A stretch of 63,789 bases of DNA, the filler included, from Nitrospinota bacterium (GTDB lineage: Bacteria > JAUXIQ01), in assembly GCA_030620925.1 (NCBI GenBank). It is 11 parts of 11 records of this genome, joined end to end, with 100 filler letters (N's around TTAATTAATTAA, not from the genome) between each part and the next. Parts side by side here need not be neighbours in the genome. Positions count along the whole stretch, not along the records: positions 38,763 to 43,082 come from JAUXIQ010000232.1; positions 43,183 to 46,268 come from JAUXIQ010000364.1; positions 46,369 to 50,702 come from JAUXIQ010000230.1; positions 50,803 to 60,418 come from JAUXIQ010000047.1; 7 more parts are not named here. One strand, written 5' to 3'. Both the position numbers and the translations under genes were made by a program. How positions within the stretch are numbered: position 1 is the first letter of the stretch; each line of letters opens with the position of its first letter. The notes below the pieces were generated by a model. The model had not been told where the DNA came from and searched no databases. It saw nothing but the letters and a program-made list of their open reading frames with translations. Positions 42,052 through 52,616 of the stretch are shown here, in pieces.

Positions 42052-42537
42052 TCAGCCCACGAGCTTCTTTACCAGTTGCGCCACTTCTTTTCCTAATCGT
42101 TTGCTGGAGCCATCGTAAAGAACGGTGCTTCGCCCTTCCTCGTCGACCATTTCCACGCTGAGGGCGCCGTAGTGGTCTTCCTCCACCATTCCTTTTACGA
42201 TCATACCGTGAATGAGCATCGCCTGAAGGAGGTTGAGGTTGGTTGTCTCGTTGCCTCCGCCGACATGGGATGAAGAAGAAAAAACGCCTCCCACTTTGCC
42301 GTTGAGTGATCCTTGGAAATCCACCGTATCGTCCAGAAACCTTTTCATGGGAGCGGATATGTTGCCCAGTCTGGACATGGAACCCAGAATGATTCCGTCT
42401 GCCTTCAAAAGCTCTTCGGGATGCGTCTCCGAAACCGGTTTGGCCTCGGCGTCGACACCCTCTTCTTCCACCCCTTCTTTAACCATCATGGCCATTCTTT
42501 CGGTGACCGTGTCGTAAATGATGAGAACGTAACTCAT
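42052..42537 (-). CDS. Flavodoxin/WrbA-like NAD(P)H oxidoreductase
   Basis: [18 protein letters not shown]...GGNETT, HGMIV, HYG; GGAGGAGG RBS. Confidence 0.85.
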   Translation of the reverse strand: MSYVLIIYDTVTERMAMMVKEGVEEEGVDAEAKPVSETHPEELLKADGIILGSMSRLGNISAPMKRFLDDTVDFQGSLNGKVGGVFSSSSHVGGGNETTNLNLLQAMLIHGMIVKGMVEEDHYGALSVEMVDEEGRSTVLYDGSSKRLGKEVAQLVKKLVG

Positions 42538-42662
42538 CGCATGCCCTCCTCCATCAATAAAGTCTCCTGGAAGCCAGTCAGGGTTAAACACTCCTGCCTT
42601 AACCATGAATATAAAGGTGATCGCGGACTTTCGTCAAAGAAAAACTTCCGAGGGGAAAGGGC

Positions 42663-42716
42663 TTGACTAAGCACCGATCATAAACTAAATTCAATGTAAA
42701 TTTATAATTACACTAA
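42663..42716 (+). promoter_or_regulatory. Promoter and Per-box-like operator upstream of the Fur-family gene
   Basis: TTGACT-17 nt-TAAATT; TTATAATTACACTAA resembles TTATAATNATTATAA. Confidence 0.45.
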
Positions 42717-42735
42717 AATAGTATCGAGGAATGTA

Positions 42736-43082
42736 ATGCCACTTATCGAACAGAAGGCACTGTATAGATTCAAGGAAGCCGGACTAAAAATCACCCCCCA
42801 GCGGATGGCCATATTCCGGATTCTGGAAGGCAATACTTCCCACCCTGCCGCAGACGATATCCATCGGGAGATAGTGAAGAGCTTCCCCAACACTTCCCTG
42901 GCCACCGTTTACAACACCCTGGCATCACTCCAGGAACTGGGGCTTATTAGAGAACTCACCATTGAAGCGGACCGCAGACACTTCGATCCGGATGCTACCC
43001 CCCACCACCATATAATCTGCTCCATCTGCCGCCGAATAGAGGATATCTCTGAAGAACTCCCTCAAATGACCGGCCTTCCCGG
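42736..43082 (+). CDS. Fur-family regulator (PerR-like), truncated
   Basis: GLKITPQR, HPAA, SLATVYNTL, HHHIICSIC. Confidence 0.9.
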
Positions 43083-43183
43083 NNNNNNNNNNNNNNNNNN
43101 NNNNNNNNNNNNNNNNNNNNNNNNNNTTAATTAATTAANNNNNNNNNNNNNNNNNNNNNNNNNNNNNNNNNNNNNNNNNNNNC

Positions 43184-43696
43184 GAGATACTGAACTACGC
43201 CCGTCAATCCATTCCCGTCTATTATCCGAGGCACCGGTTGAACCCGGGGGCTTTCGGCTGCATCGGCGTGGGCCTGCCTTTCGGGGTGGCCGCCAAGCTG
43301 GCCCGACCCGACGGCCAGGTAGTGGTGCTTACCGGTGACGGCTCGTTTGGTCTCAACGGATTTGAGATGGACACCGCTATACGCAACAACCTCCCCATTA
43401 TGGTGGTTATAAGTAACAACGGGGGATGGACTGCAGGCGGGGAGGGACGCTGGGATATACCGGGCAGGGAGCTCGGCTTCGGCCGCTACGAAAAGATGGT
43501 GGAGGCTTTCGGAGGACACGCCGAATACGTCACCGACCCGCGAGAGATCAGGCCCGCCCTGGAAAGGGCGAAAGCTTCGGGCGGGTTTTCCTGCGTAAAC
43601 GTGATAACCGACCAGGAGGCGAGGTCAGTCACCCAACCCTTCTCTTCTTTCAAGACAGTGGCCGGAAAAACCAGAGACAGCAGTCAATCAGGATAA
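43184..43696 (+). CDS. TPP-dependent enzyme C-terminus (acetolactate synthase/2-hydroxyacyl-CoA lyase-like)
   Basis: EILNYARQSIP...GCIGVGLP, GDGSFG...NN. Confidence 0.88.
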   Translation, partial: EILNYARQSIPVYYPRHRLNPGAFGCIGVGLPFGVAAKLARPDGQVVVLTGDGSFGLNGFEMDTAIRNNLPIMVVISNNGGWTAGGEGRWDIPGRELGFGRYEKMVEAFGGHAEYVTDPREIRPALERAKASGGFSCVNVITDQEARSVTQPFSSFKTVAGKTRDSSQSG

Positions 43697-43843
43697 ATTT
43701 TCGCTTTTATTTTTTCTTCTCGCTGTGTTATATTTATCTTGAATTAAGAGTGGTTGGTGCGTTTGTTTGTTATTTGTTAGATGACGGTTATTCCTCGCCT
43801 GTTTAAGGCTGACAATTCAAAAGTACAGGGAGGGTAAAAAGGG

Positions 43844-44758
43844 ATGGTCGAAGAATCCAAATACATATGGATGGACGGGGAATTCGTGCCCTGGGCGGAT
43901 GCTAAGATTCACATTCTCACCCATACGCTCCACTACGGCCTCGGAGCCTTCGAGGGAATAAGGTGTTATAAGACGTCCCGCGGCTCGGCCATATTCAGAT
44001 TGCACGAACATAACGAGAGGTTTTTCCATTCAGCGCTGATAGCAGGCATCAAGCTCCCTTTTCCCAAGGAAGAGATAGCCAGTGCTTGTATCGAGACCAT
44101 TAAGGTCAACGAGCTGGATGAATGCTATATCAGACCCCTCTGGCATATCGGTGCGGGGGAGATGGGCATAAACAACAAGAACAATCCCGTGCATATGTCT
44201 ATCGCCGTCTGGCCCTGGGGGGCTTACCTGGGAGATGAAGGGCTTCAGAACGGTGTGCGCTTAAAGGTCTCCTCCATAACCAGGCACCATGTCAATATAA
44301 CCATGACCAAGGCCAAACTTTGCGGGAACTACGTCAACTCGCAGCTTGCCAAAGCCGAAGCCATCGAATTGGGTTACGACGAGGCGCTCATGCTGGATAG
44401 CGCCGGCTACGTGGCGGAGTGCACCGGCGAAAACGTGTTCATAGTCAGGGATGATCTCATAAAAACGCCTCCGCTCTCCTCCATACTGGAGGGCATCACC
44501 AGGGATTCGGTGATGAAGATAGCCGCCGATCAGGGTATGCGGGTGAGGGAAGAGCTTTTCACCAGAGACCATCTTTATACCTCAGACGAAGCCTTTCTTA
44601 CCGGCACCGCTGCAGAGCTGACTCCCATCAGAGAAGTCGATAACAGGCTGGTCGGAGAAGGGAAACCCGGGCCCACCACCACGGAACTGCAAAAGCTTTT
44701 CTTCGAGGTGGTGCAGGGAGAGTATCCAAAGTTCACAGGGTGGCTTACTTATATTTAG
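43844..44758 (+). CDS. ilvE: Branched-chain amino acid aminotransferase
   Basis: [33 protein letters not shown]. Confidence 0.97.
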   Translation: MVEESKYIWMDGEFVPWADAKIHILTHTLHYGLGAFEGIRCYKTSRGSAIFRLHEHNERFFHSALIAGIKLPFPKEEIASACIETIKVNELDECYIRPLWHIGAGEMGINNKNNPVHMSIAVWPWGAYLGDEGLQNGVRLKVSSITRHHVNITMTKAKLCGNYVNSQLAKAEAIELGYDEALMLDSAGYVAECTGENVFIVRDDLIKTPPLSSILEGITRDSVMKIAADQGMRVREELFTRDHLYTSDEAFLTGTAAELTPIREVDNRLVGEGKPGPTTTELQKLFFEVVQGEYPKFTGWLTYI

Positions 44759-44941
44759 GCCTGCCGATAACGGCTGGTCCCGGCCCTCAGGGGGTGTTTG
44801 GAACCTCATCTAAGCAGATGCCGACTCCTATCCATGGAACTATTTCCCCGGCGTGCATAGATAAGCTCGCCAAGACGAATCCCAAAAATCGCTGCGAATA
44901 AACGTTGTGGGCCTCAAGTGCCCACATATTTTTTTGGTGCC

Positions 44942-46039
44942 ATGGCCGGTCGTCCTACAAACAGTGAGTGGTTTTTCAAGAACATTCTGGACAGCCTCAA
45001 GGACGGGGTGATTACCCTGGATGAGAGGCGAAAGATTGTAGCGTTTAATCCGGCCATGGAGTCCATAGCGGGCGTATCTGCGGGGCAGGTAATGCAGAGG
45101 GATTTCGATGCCGCACTGCCTGAGCTGGCCTTCTTCGGGGAGAAGATCGACCAGGTCTATCGCACCGGGGAGGCATTCTTCGATTCCAACGCATGCCTGC
45201 GTATGAGGGACGGACGCGAGGTATCCGTGAGTCTGGTGGTATCACCTGTTACCGATGATGAGGGTGGAAGCCGGGGCGTGGTCATAGCGGTCAGGGATAT
45301 AAGCTATGTTGAAGATCTGCAGAGGGCCGACCGGTATGCCGAAGTAGTGAACGCTTTCAGGTTCATCTCGTCCAGCATCGCCCATGAGATTAAAAACCCC
45401 ATGGGAGGCATAAAGGGGGCCGCTCAGCTTCTCCTGGAAGAGCTCACCGACTCTCAGCTCAAGGAGTACGCGAGGGTAATCGTCAGTGAGGTAAACAGGG
45501 TGTCCGGTCTCCTTGAGAACCTGTCTGATCTCTGCCAGCCGGCGGAGCTTAGACTAGAAAAGGTGAATATCCATCAGGTGCTCGACGATGTGATCATGCT
45601 TGAGACCAACAGGGCGAGGGAAAAGGGGGTGAGCGTCTTGATGGACTACGACCCCAGCATACCCGAAATCCCTGCCGATCCCCAGAAGCTGATGCAACTG
45701 TTCATCAACATCGTCAGGAACGGCGTGGAAGCCATGCCTGAGGGCGGCACACTCTCCTTCAGCACCAAGGTCTCCGACCAGTTTAAGGTGACCCGCTCCG
45801 CCGAGCATCAGACCGCATCCCGCATGCTCATGGTGGCCGTGGAGGACACAGGCATGGGCATCGCTCCCGAAGACCTGGATAGAGCCTTTACCCCCTATTT
45901 TACCACCAAAGAAGGGGGAAGCGGTCTGGGCCTGGCGGTATCCATGAACATCGTTGAGCAGCACGGGGGACGCATAAAACTGGAAAGCCGACCCGGGGAA
46001 GGGACGGTGGTCAAGGTGTTTCTACCCCTTGGTAAATGA
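44942..46039 (+). CDS. PAS sensor histidine kinase (NtrB-like)
   Basis: PAS; AHEIKNPMGGIKGAAQLL; YDPSIP; N, G1, F and G2 boxes. Confidence 0.88.
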   Translation: MAGRPTNSEWFFKNILDSLKDGVITLDERRKIVAFNPAMESIAGVSAGQVMQRDFDAALPELAFFGEKIDQVYRTGEAFFDSNACLRMRDGREVSVSLVVSPVTDDEGGSRGVVIAVRDISYVEDLQRADRYAEVVNAFRFISSSIAHEIKNPMGGIKGAAQLLLEELTDSQLKEYARVIVSEVNRVSGLLENLSDLCQPAELRLEKVNIHQVLDDVIMLETNRAREKGVSVLMDYDPSIPEIPADPQKLMQLFINIVRNGVEAMPEGGTLSFSTKVSDQFKVTRSAEHQTASRMLMVAVEDTGMGIAPEDLDRAFTPYFTTKEGGSGLGLAVSMNIVEQHGGRIKLESRPGEGTVVKVFLPLGK

Positions 46040-46068
46040 AAAGCAATAAGCGGGGATGAATAGGATAA

Positions 46069-46268
46069 ATGTCCGGAGAACCCATTCTGATAGCCGATGA
46101 TGAAGAGAGCATAAGGCTGGTCCTCGAGCGGGGTCTGGAGAAGAGAGGGTACCAGGTGCACACCGCTTCCGATGGAAATGAGGCCCTGGCCAAGGGGCTG
46201 GAAAGAAACTATGCCCTGATCCTGCTCGATATAAAGATGCCCGGGCTGAGCGGTCTGGAGGTGCTGGA
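46069..46268 (+). CDS. Response regulator (NtrC-like), truncated
   Basis: ILIADDEESIR, LDIKMPG. Confidence 0.85.
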
Positions 46269-46369
46269 NNNNNNNNNNNNNNNNNNNNNNNNNNNNNNNN
46301 NNNNNNNNNNNNTTAATTAATTAANNNNNNNNNNNNNNNNNNNNNNNNNNNNNNNNNNNNNNNNNNNNA

Positions 46370-46495
46370 TCCTGGTCGGCAACTACGTTCATAGCCAGGG
46401 CCACCGGTAACATAGACGGCGATGCCACCATCGATGCGTGGAGTATGAACGAAAACAACACATTGACCCATGTGACAGACGACGTCAAAAACTAA
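46370..46495 (+). CDS. C-terminus of an upstream type IV pilin paralog
   Basis: [41 protein letters not shown] aligns without gaps to the next pilin's C-terminus. Confidence 0.85.
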   Translation, partial: SWSATTFIARATGNIDGDATIDAWSMNENNTLTHVTDDVKN

Positions 46496-46521
46496 TTGCC
46501 GTCGTCCCCTTTCCGAAGCGC

Positions 46522-46563
46522 GGAGCGGTGGTGGGTCAAACCCTGTCACCGCTCCTTTTTTTT
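46522..46563 (+). terminator. Intrinsic terminator after the first pilin
   Basis: GGAGCGGTG...CACCGCTCC followed by an 8-T run. Confidence 0.85.
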
Positions 46564-46686
46564 GAACGACAGTAAAGTTATTTAACTAATATAATAGAGA
46601 AGCAAGGTTTCACACGCAGTAAGCATCCCTAATATATGCCCAGTGGTAAACCGCCCGGGGAAAAGAAGTTAAAGGAGGAGGCTCCT

Positions 46687-47085
46687 GTGAGGCGTTTCAG
46701 AAAGAATCGTAATCGAGAGGGAGGATTTACCCTCATCGAGCTGATGATAGTGGTCGCCATTATAGGGATTCTCGCCGCTATTGCCATTCCCAGTTTTTTA
46801 ACTTATCAAAAGAAAGCCATCGCCACAGAGGCCAGGGAGCAGTTGCGCCACATCCTGACCCTCGAACATACCTATTTCAGTATAAACGTTACTTACGGCA
46901 CTTTAACAAACGCTCACTGGATGGGCCCCACGGGTAAAACCCGGTACCAGTACAGCCTCTCCTACAGCCAGTCCACTTTCGCCGCCCACGCTACCGGCAA
47001 CATAGATGGAGACGCCACCATAGACCAATGGCGCATCACCAGCGGCAACACGCTGGCGCACGTAGTCGATGACATAAAGAACTGA
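46687..47085 (+). CDS. pilA: Type IVa pilin
   Basis: AAGGAGGAGG RBS, GTG start, basic leader, [23 protein letters not shown]. Confidence 0.92.
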   Translation: MRRFRKNRNREGGFTLIELMIVVAIIGILAAIAIPSFLTYQKKAIATEAREQLRHILTLEHTYFSINVTYGTLTNAHWMGPTGKTRYQYSLSYSQSTFAAHATGNIDGDATIDQWRITSGNTLAHVVDDIKN

Positions 47086-47157
47086 TGAGTTTAATATCAG
47101 CTATCTGCGGGCCTTCACCTTCCCGTCTACTTGCAAGAACCTCTCGTAAGCAGGAAC

Positions 47158-49344
47158 ATGACTGACCATACTCCTCAAAACAGTACCTCACAGAGCTATC
47201 TCCTGGGATTGCTGACCATACTGATATCATGGTTCGTCTATATCTTTCACATCTGTCCCACCATCTACTGGCGCGATTCAGCAGAATTCGTCACCACGGG
47301 ATACACCCTGGCCGTCCCTCACCCGGCCGGATCGCCCGCCTATTCGCTCATAGCCAAGCTATTTACCTTTATTCCCGCCGGCAGCATCGCTTTTCGCGTA
47401 AACCTGGTGTCCGCCGTTTTCGGGACTCTTTCGGTCTACCTGCTCTACCGGGTCATCAAAACCCTCATACTCAAAATATGGCCGGAGGAAAACATCCGGA
47501 TCGCAGAGTACAGCTCTTTCGCCGCCGCCATGCTTTTTCTTTTTTCGGCTGCGTTCTGGAAGTTCTCCGAGGTGGCCGAAGTTTACACGCAGCAGGTCTT
47601 CTGGATGCTGCTGGTGATCCTTTTGCTGCTCAGGGCGGAAGATAAAGAGTCGGAGAGGGGGAAGCTCCTCATGCTGGCCGCCCTCTTCTACGGCCTTAGC
47701 ATCGGCACGCACGCAGTCATGGTGCTTTACCTGCCCGCCATGCTAATATATATATTTCTGCTGGACAGGAGCCAGCTGACATCGGCAAGAAAACTCTGCC
47801 CACTCATTTTTTTCCTTTTCCTGGGGTTGGCGGTTTACATGTATGTTCCCATCCGCTCCCTGGCCGACCCCTGGCTCGACTGGGGGAACCCACAGACCGC
47901 CAAGAAACTCATCTATCACCTTACGGACAAGAAAGACGTCTCTACCCATTTCGCGCTTCGCATAAATAAACTGACTTTCCAACTGAAAACCTACGCCTCC
48001 ATGCTGCCCATGCAGCTCTCCTATTTCGGCCTGCTGCTAGCCGCCACAGGCTTCATCACCAGTCTGAAAAAAATGAAAAGCTGGTGCCTGCTCTTCCTCA
48101 TATTCTTTATCCATCTGGCCTTTTTCGTGCGGACCTGGAGGGCCGACTTCGGGTTCATACCTACTTTCACCATAATGGCCCTCTGGGCCGGGGTGGGCTT
48201 GCACAAACTCGCTGTTTTTTTGAATGAGAGATTCGCGGAAGCCAAAGTTTCGACGACTGCGCCCCGGGCGACCGCGGCTCGTCTGTCGAGACCCGCCGTC
48301 CTGCTCTACCTGCTGTTGGGGGCGACGGTGGTCTTTCTGGCAGTGGCCAACAGGCCCTATGCGGATAAATCGGGTTACCGCTCGACCCATCGCCTCGGAA
48401 AGTACCTTATGGAGAGCGTAGAATATAAAGGCTTCCTGCTGGATCAGTACGCCTGGTTCCAGACACTCTACTTCCAGGCCGTTGAGAACAGTCGGCCGGA
48501 CGTTTCTCCCGTCCTCAGAAACGCTTTCGCCTTTCCGGAGGTTTTTTATCGGGTGGATAACGACAAATTTCCTCTTCTCCTCATACCCGACAGGAACGAT
48601 AAAGGTTCGCCCTACGACTTCATGATAGACACCATAGAAAGCAACATTAACAGGCTGCCCGTCTACTGGTATCAGGTAGACAAGCTGGCCCCGTTGGAAC
48701 AGATGGTGCCCAGGGGAATAGTCTTCCAGATTCTCCCGAAAAAAACAGAAGTGAAAGAGGCGGACATGAACGAGCATGTGGAAAAGCTCTACCAGTTCAT
48801 GGAAACGGAATTCGACGACCCTTATTTCTGGAAAGACGAGGAGGGCCGCAAGGTCTACTCGCTCAACATTACCGGTCTGGCCATGTACTTCCTGGAAAAG
48901 AGGTTTATCCCCCATGCAGAGCTGATGCAGCGGTTGGCGTTCCAGATAGACCCTGATTCGTCATCCGTGGTCAACAACTACGGCGTTCTGCACGAATACC
49001 TGGGGCGTATGGCGGAAGCGGAGGAGATGTACCGCAAGGGCGTGGAGCTAGAGCCGGGAGACATCGCCATCAGGTCCAACCTGGGAGTTGTGCTATACAA
49101 ACAGGAAAAAGACGAGGAGGCTGTGGAACAGTTCGAGCTGGTCCTGAAGGCCGACCCCTACGACCAGGCGGCTAACTATCATATGGGCCTCCTGGCTATC
49201 GAAAAAGGGAATGAAAGCGAATTCACCAGGCGAATGGCGAGGGTTATCCAGGATACGCCGAACAGCAGGCTGGGCCTGAGGGCGAGAAAAATGCTGTACA
49301 AGTTCCGCAAGGGAGAGCTGGAATTACCGGCCAAAAAACAGTGA
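47158..49344 (+). CDS. DUF2723/TMEM260-like membrane glycosyltransferase with C-terminal TPRs
   Basis: PTIYWRDSAEF...VPHPAGSPAY, FRVNLVSA, AEVY, WGNP; about 12 TM helices; TPR tail. Confidence 0.82.
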   Translation: MTDHTPQNSTSQSYLLGLLTILISWFVYIFHICPTIYWRDSAEFVTTGYTLAVPHPAGSPAYSLIAKLFTFIPAGSIAFRVNLVSAVFGTLSVYLLYRVIKTLILKIWPEENIRIAEYSSFAAAMLFLFSAAFWKFSEVAEVYTQQVFWMLLVILLLLRAEDKESERGKLLMLAALFYGLSIGTHAVMVLYLPAMLIYIFLLDRSQLTSARKLCPLIFFLFLGLAVYMYVPIRSLADPWLDWGNPQTAKKLIYHLTDKKDVSTHFALRINKLTFQLKTYASMLPMQLSYFGLLLAATGFITSLKKMKSWCLLFLIFFIHLAFFVRTWRADFGFIPTFTIMALWAGVGLHKLAVFLNERFAEAKVSTTAPRATAARLSRPAVLLYLLLGATVVFLAVANRPYADKSGYRSTHRLGKYLMESVEYKGFLLDQYAWFQTLYFQAVENSRPDVSPVLRNAFAFPEVFYRVDNDKFPLLLIPDRNDKGSPYDFMIDTIESNINRLPVYWYQVDKLAPLEQMVPRGIVFQILPKKTEVKEADMNEHVEKLYQFMETEFDDPYFWKDEEGRKVYSLNITGLAMYFLEKRFIPHAELMQRLAFQIDPDSSSVVNNYGVLHEYLGRMAEAEEMYRKGVELEPGDIAIRSNLGVVLYKQEKDEEAVEQFELVLKADPYDQAANYHMGLLAIEKGNESEFTRRMARVIQDTPNSRLGLRARKMLYKFRKGELELPAKKQ

Positions 49345-49482
49345 GCAGTCGGGGCTCGGCCCGAACAGGCTTTACTAGATTACCTGTCGGACGCAGTTCT
49401 GATATAATAGTTATGTGAGAAGCGATACAGGCAAAGTAATGATTACAATGTGAGCGCATTAAATTAAAGGGTCAGGATGATA

Positions 49483-50376
49483 ATGGAGGGGAAGAAAACA
49501 TCGGTAATCATCCCTGTTTTTAATGAGGAGAAGAGCATAGGCGAGGTGGTGGAGAGCGTACTCGCCGCTCTGGGGGATGATGTGCAGGTGGTGGTTGTGG
49601 ACGACGGCTCCACAGACGATTCCGCCGCGGTGGCCCGGGAAAAGGGTGCCCTGGTAATCCGGCACCCGTACAACATGGGCAACGGGGCAGCCGTTAAAAC
49701 GGGTATAAGGAACTCTCAGGGAGACGTCCTGATCATGTTGGACGCCGACGGGCAGCACCAGCCGAAAGATATTGAGAAGTTGCTCCAATATATTCCGGAA
49801 TACGACATGGTTGTCGGCGCCCGGGGGAAAAATTCCCACGCAGGTTTCCACCGAAAGCTGGCTAACAGGGTATACAACTCACTTGCATCATACGTCGCAT
49901 CCTTCAAGGTGCAAGACCTCACTTCGGGTTTCAGGGCGGTGAAGAGGGAATGCGCCACACGGTGCGTCCACATGCTGCCCAACGGGTTTTCCTATCCGAC
50001 CACCATCACCCTCTCCCTGCTTAAGCTGGGCCGCAGCATTAAGTATGTTCCCATAGAGAGTCCGTCGAGGAAGGGGAAAAGCAAGATCAAGCTGACCAGG
50101 GACGGCGTTAATTTCTTCCTGATAATCGTAAAAATCGCGACGCTGTTTTCGCCGCTGCGCGTTTTCCTCCCCGTAAGCGTAAGCTTCTTCGTCCTTGGCC
50201 TGGCCTATTATATTTACACTTTCCTCCTGTACCACCGATTTACCCATATGTCGGTGCTCCTGTTCGTCACCTCAGTGACACTCTTCATGCTGGGTCTGGT
50301 GGCCGAACAGGTCGCACAACTGCGCATCGACCTCGGTTACACGAGGGAAGGGCAAGAAAGCGTTGACCGCCATTAG
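49483..50376 (+). CDS. GT2 glycosyltransferase, polyprenol-phosphate sugar synthase-like
   Basis: IIPVFNEE, DDGSTD, DADGQH, DLTSGFR; two C-terminal TM helices. Confidence 0.92.
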   Translation: MEGKKTSVIIPVFNEEKSIGEVVESVLAALGDDVQVVVVDDGSTDDSAAVAREKGALVIRHPYNMGNGAAVKTGIRNSQGDVLIMLDADGQHQPKDIEKLLQYIPEYDMVVGARGKNSHAGFHRKLANRVYNSLASYVASFKVQDLTSGFRAVKRECATRCVHMLPNGFSYPTTITLSLLKLGRSIKYVPIESPSRKGKSKIKLTRDGVNFFLIIVKIATLFSPLRVFLPVSVSFFVLGLAYYIYTFLLYHRFTHMSVLLFVTSVTLFMLGLVAEQVAQLRIDLGYTREGQESVDRH

Positions 50377-50595
50377 AGCTTCAACAGGGGCACCAGGCTC
50401 AGGGGAACCCTTCCAGGCTCCGCCGAATCCCATGACAGTCTGTGCCAGGCCCCCTTCCCAAGACTTGTAAGAGAGATAAACAGTTCATGACCGAAACATG
50501 CGGATCCGCAACACATATTTCGCGCAGAATCATCGGAGAGACCCTCCCCTGCGGTGAAAAGAGAGCGGGGCTTCTCAAAACCGGCGGCATCCATA

Positions 50596-50702
50596 ATGGA
50601 TAGAAAAATCCTTATCATCCTGGCTGCGGGCGTGTCTTTGCGGCTGATCTTCTTTACAGGCCTTATCGGAAGCGATGACCTGATATACAGCAAAGCAGCC
50701 TA
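50596..50702 (+). CDS. Probable GT-C (ArnT/PMT-like) membrane glycosyltransferase, N-terminus only
   Basis: TM helix then LRLIFFTGLIGSDDLIY (DD-x-x-Y loop); start may lie further upstream. Confidence 0.55.
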
Positions 50703-50802
50703 NNNNNNNNNNNNNNNNNNNNNNNNNNNNNNNNNNNNNNNNNNNNTTAATTAATTAANNNNNNNNNNNNNNNNNNNNNNNNNNNNNNNNNNNNNNNNNN
50801 NN

Positions 50803-51031
50803 CGAAGGAGCCGCTGGCGATAGGTGCGTTCATATCCTCCACGTGGTGATAGCTGCCGGCCAGCCGCTGCAGCTCCTCCAGTTTTCGCCCCGTTTCCTGC
50901 TCGATGATACCCACTGCGTTACCGGTCACCGTGAGGTGCGTCTCCACAGACGTATTGGATGCCAGCACCTCCAGCAGACGGACGCCGTAAACGGCCCCAC
51001 TGGCTCCTGAAATTCCTATTACTAATCTCAT
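50803..51031 (-). CDS. ubiX: Flavin prenyltransferase, truncated
   Basis: VIGISGASGAVYG...APIASGSF. Confidence 0.93.
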
Positions 51032-51066
51032 GCTCCGCCTTTACAATAACAAAAATCATGCGCCGT

Positions 51067-52428
51067 TCACGCCGAGCCTGTCAACTCTGAGAGGTCCACT
51101 TTTTCCAGGCCCACCGTCCGGCGGCGGGCGAACTTCTCCTGCATCAAGGGGTCGATAGTGGCGTCGAAGCCGATCTTGGTAAGCGTATCGCCCGGCTGTT
51201 CGATAAACGGGTCCAAGTTCAGGGCCGCAGCCCCTTTTACCAGCAATATGTCATTATCGTAATCGACGCGGGTGGTTATGGCCCATAGTATATCGTTGGG
51301 GTCGTCTATATCCACATCGTCGTTGATGATCACAGCCATCTTGGTCCAGGGATGGGAGAGGGCCGTGGTGAGCACGTTCTTGGTTATCCCCCGCATGCTC
51401 AGGGGCACGTCGGCAATCTGCACCACGCATCTGAATATGAAGGGGAGCATGCGAACGTTTTTCACCAGGGGACAGACCCGTTTCAGCCTTTTCATAAGGT
51501 CTGCTTCCGTGGGTACTCCCAGAAGCGCATGCTCTTCGATGGTTCCTCCCAGGATGGTCTGAAAAATGGGGTTTTCCCTATGATAGAGGGCCTTAACCTC
51601 GATAACCTGTTTGGGCGATTCCCCCCCGTAATATTCCAGCACTTCGGCCATGGGGCCCTCCGGCTCACGCACCCCCGGCGGTATGACCCCCTCCATAACT
51701 ATCTCTGTGTTGGCCGGAACTTCCAGGTCCACGGTCAGGCACTTGACCAGCTCCAACGGCTTCCCTTTGAGCGTCCCCGCATATTCGTATTCATCAACGT
51801 CCATGGGGACTTTTGAGGTGGAGGCCATGAACAGGTAGGGGTCCGTACCGTCCAGTATGGCCACTTCCAGGGGCATCCCCCGCTGCTCACATTTTTCCTG
51901 GATAAGCGTAAGATGCTGATTGGAGACAAGCTGTATACCCAGCCTGTTACCCTCTTTCAACTGAATGCGGTGTATGCTGGTATTATATAATCCCGTGTCG
52001 GGGTCCTTGGCCACCACCACTGGGGAGGTGAAAAATGGCGCCGCGTCCTTCTCATAGCTAAAGGGTACCGGTAACAGCTCGCCTATGTTCGGCTTTTCCC
52101 GGTAGACCTTAAACGGCTCCACCCTCTCGCTGGAGACTACCGGTTTGACAGGCGCTCCCGCCCCTCGATCGCCCAGGGTGAAGGCTACCTCTTCAGGGGA
52201 AACACCGAACAGGTTGGCTAACTTGTCCCGACCGCCGTAGAGGTTCGCCACCGCGCCCATCTTCCCGTCCACGTCCTCGAAAAGGACGGCCTGGCCCGTT
52301 GTATCCTGGACCTTCTTGATAATGGCTGCCAGCTCGAATTTTGCGCTGACCCGCTTCTTTATCCGCACCAGATCGCCACGGTCTTCGAGCAGCTCTATGA
52401 GTCCCCTCATATCCGAAAGGGCTTCCAC
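51067..52428 (-). CDS. UbiD-family prFMN-dependent (de)carboxylase
   Basis: NTSIHR, VPANTEIVMEG, EGPMAE, DDVDIDDP...WAITTR, KIGFDAT. Confidence 0.93.
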   Translation of the reverse strand: MEALSDMRGLIELLEDRGDLVRIKKRVSAKFELAAIIKKVQDTTGQAVLFEDVDGKMGAVANLYGGRDKLANLFGVSPEEVAFTLGDRGAGAPVKPVVSSERVEPFKVYREKPNIGELLPVPFSYEKDAAPFFTSPVVVAKDPDTGLYNTSIHRIQLKEGNRLGIQLVSNQHLTLIQEKCEQRGMPLEVAILDGTDPYLFMASTSKVPMDVDEYEYAGTLKGKPLELVKCLTVDLEVPANTEIVMEGVIPPGVREPEGPMAEVLEYYGGESPKQVIEVKALYHRENPIFQTILGGTIEEHALLGVPTEADLMKRLKRVCPLVKNVRMLPFIFRCVVQIADVPLSMRGITKNVLTTALSHPWTKMAVIINDDVDIDDPNDILWAITTRVDYDNDILLVKGAAALNLDPFIEQPGDTLTKIGFDATIDPLMQEKFARRRTVGLEKVDLSELTGSA

Positions 52429-52616
52429 AGGTCATCCCCCCTGCTAATTATCGGCAGCCGGGCTGCAGGCAACGAAAATACCCGTCGTCAATAAAAGAGC
52501 CCGCTACCTCAATAACGGGATTTTTCGTTTAAGTAAAGGTATTCTTATTAGATTAAGCTACGAGATGTCAACAGGATTTTGAGCTTGAGGATATCTTATA
52601 AGGGAATGGGCACCGA

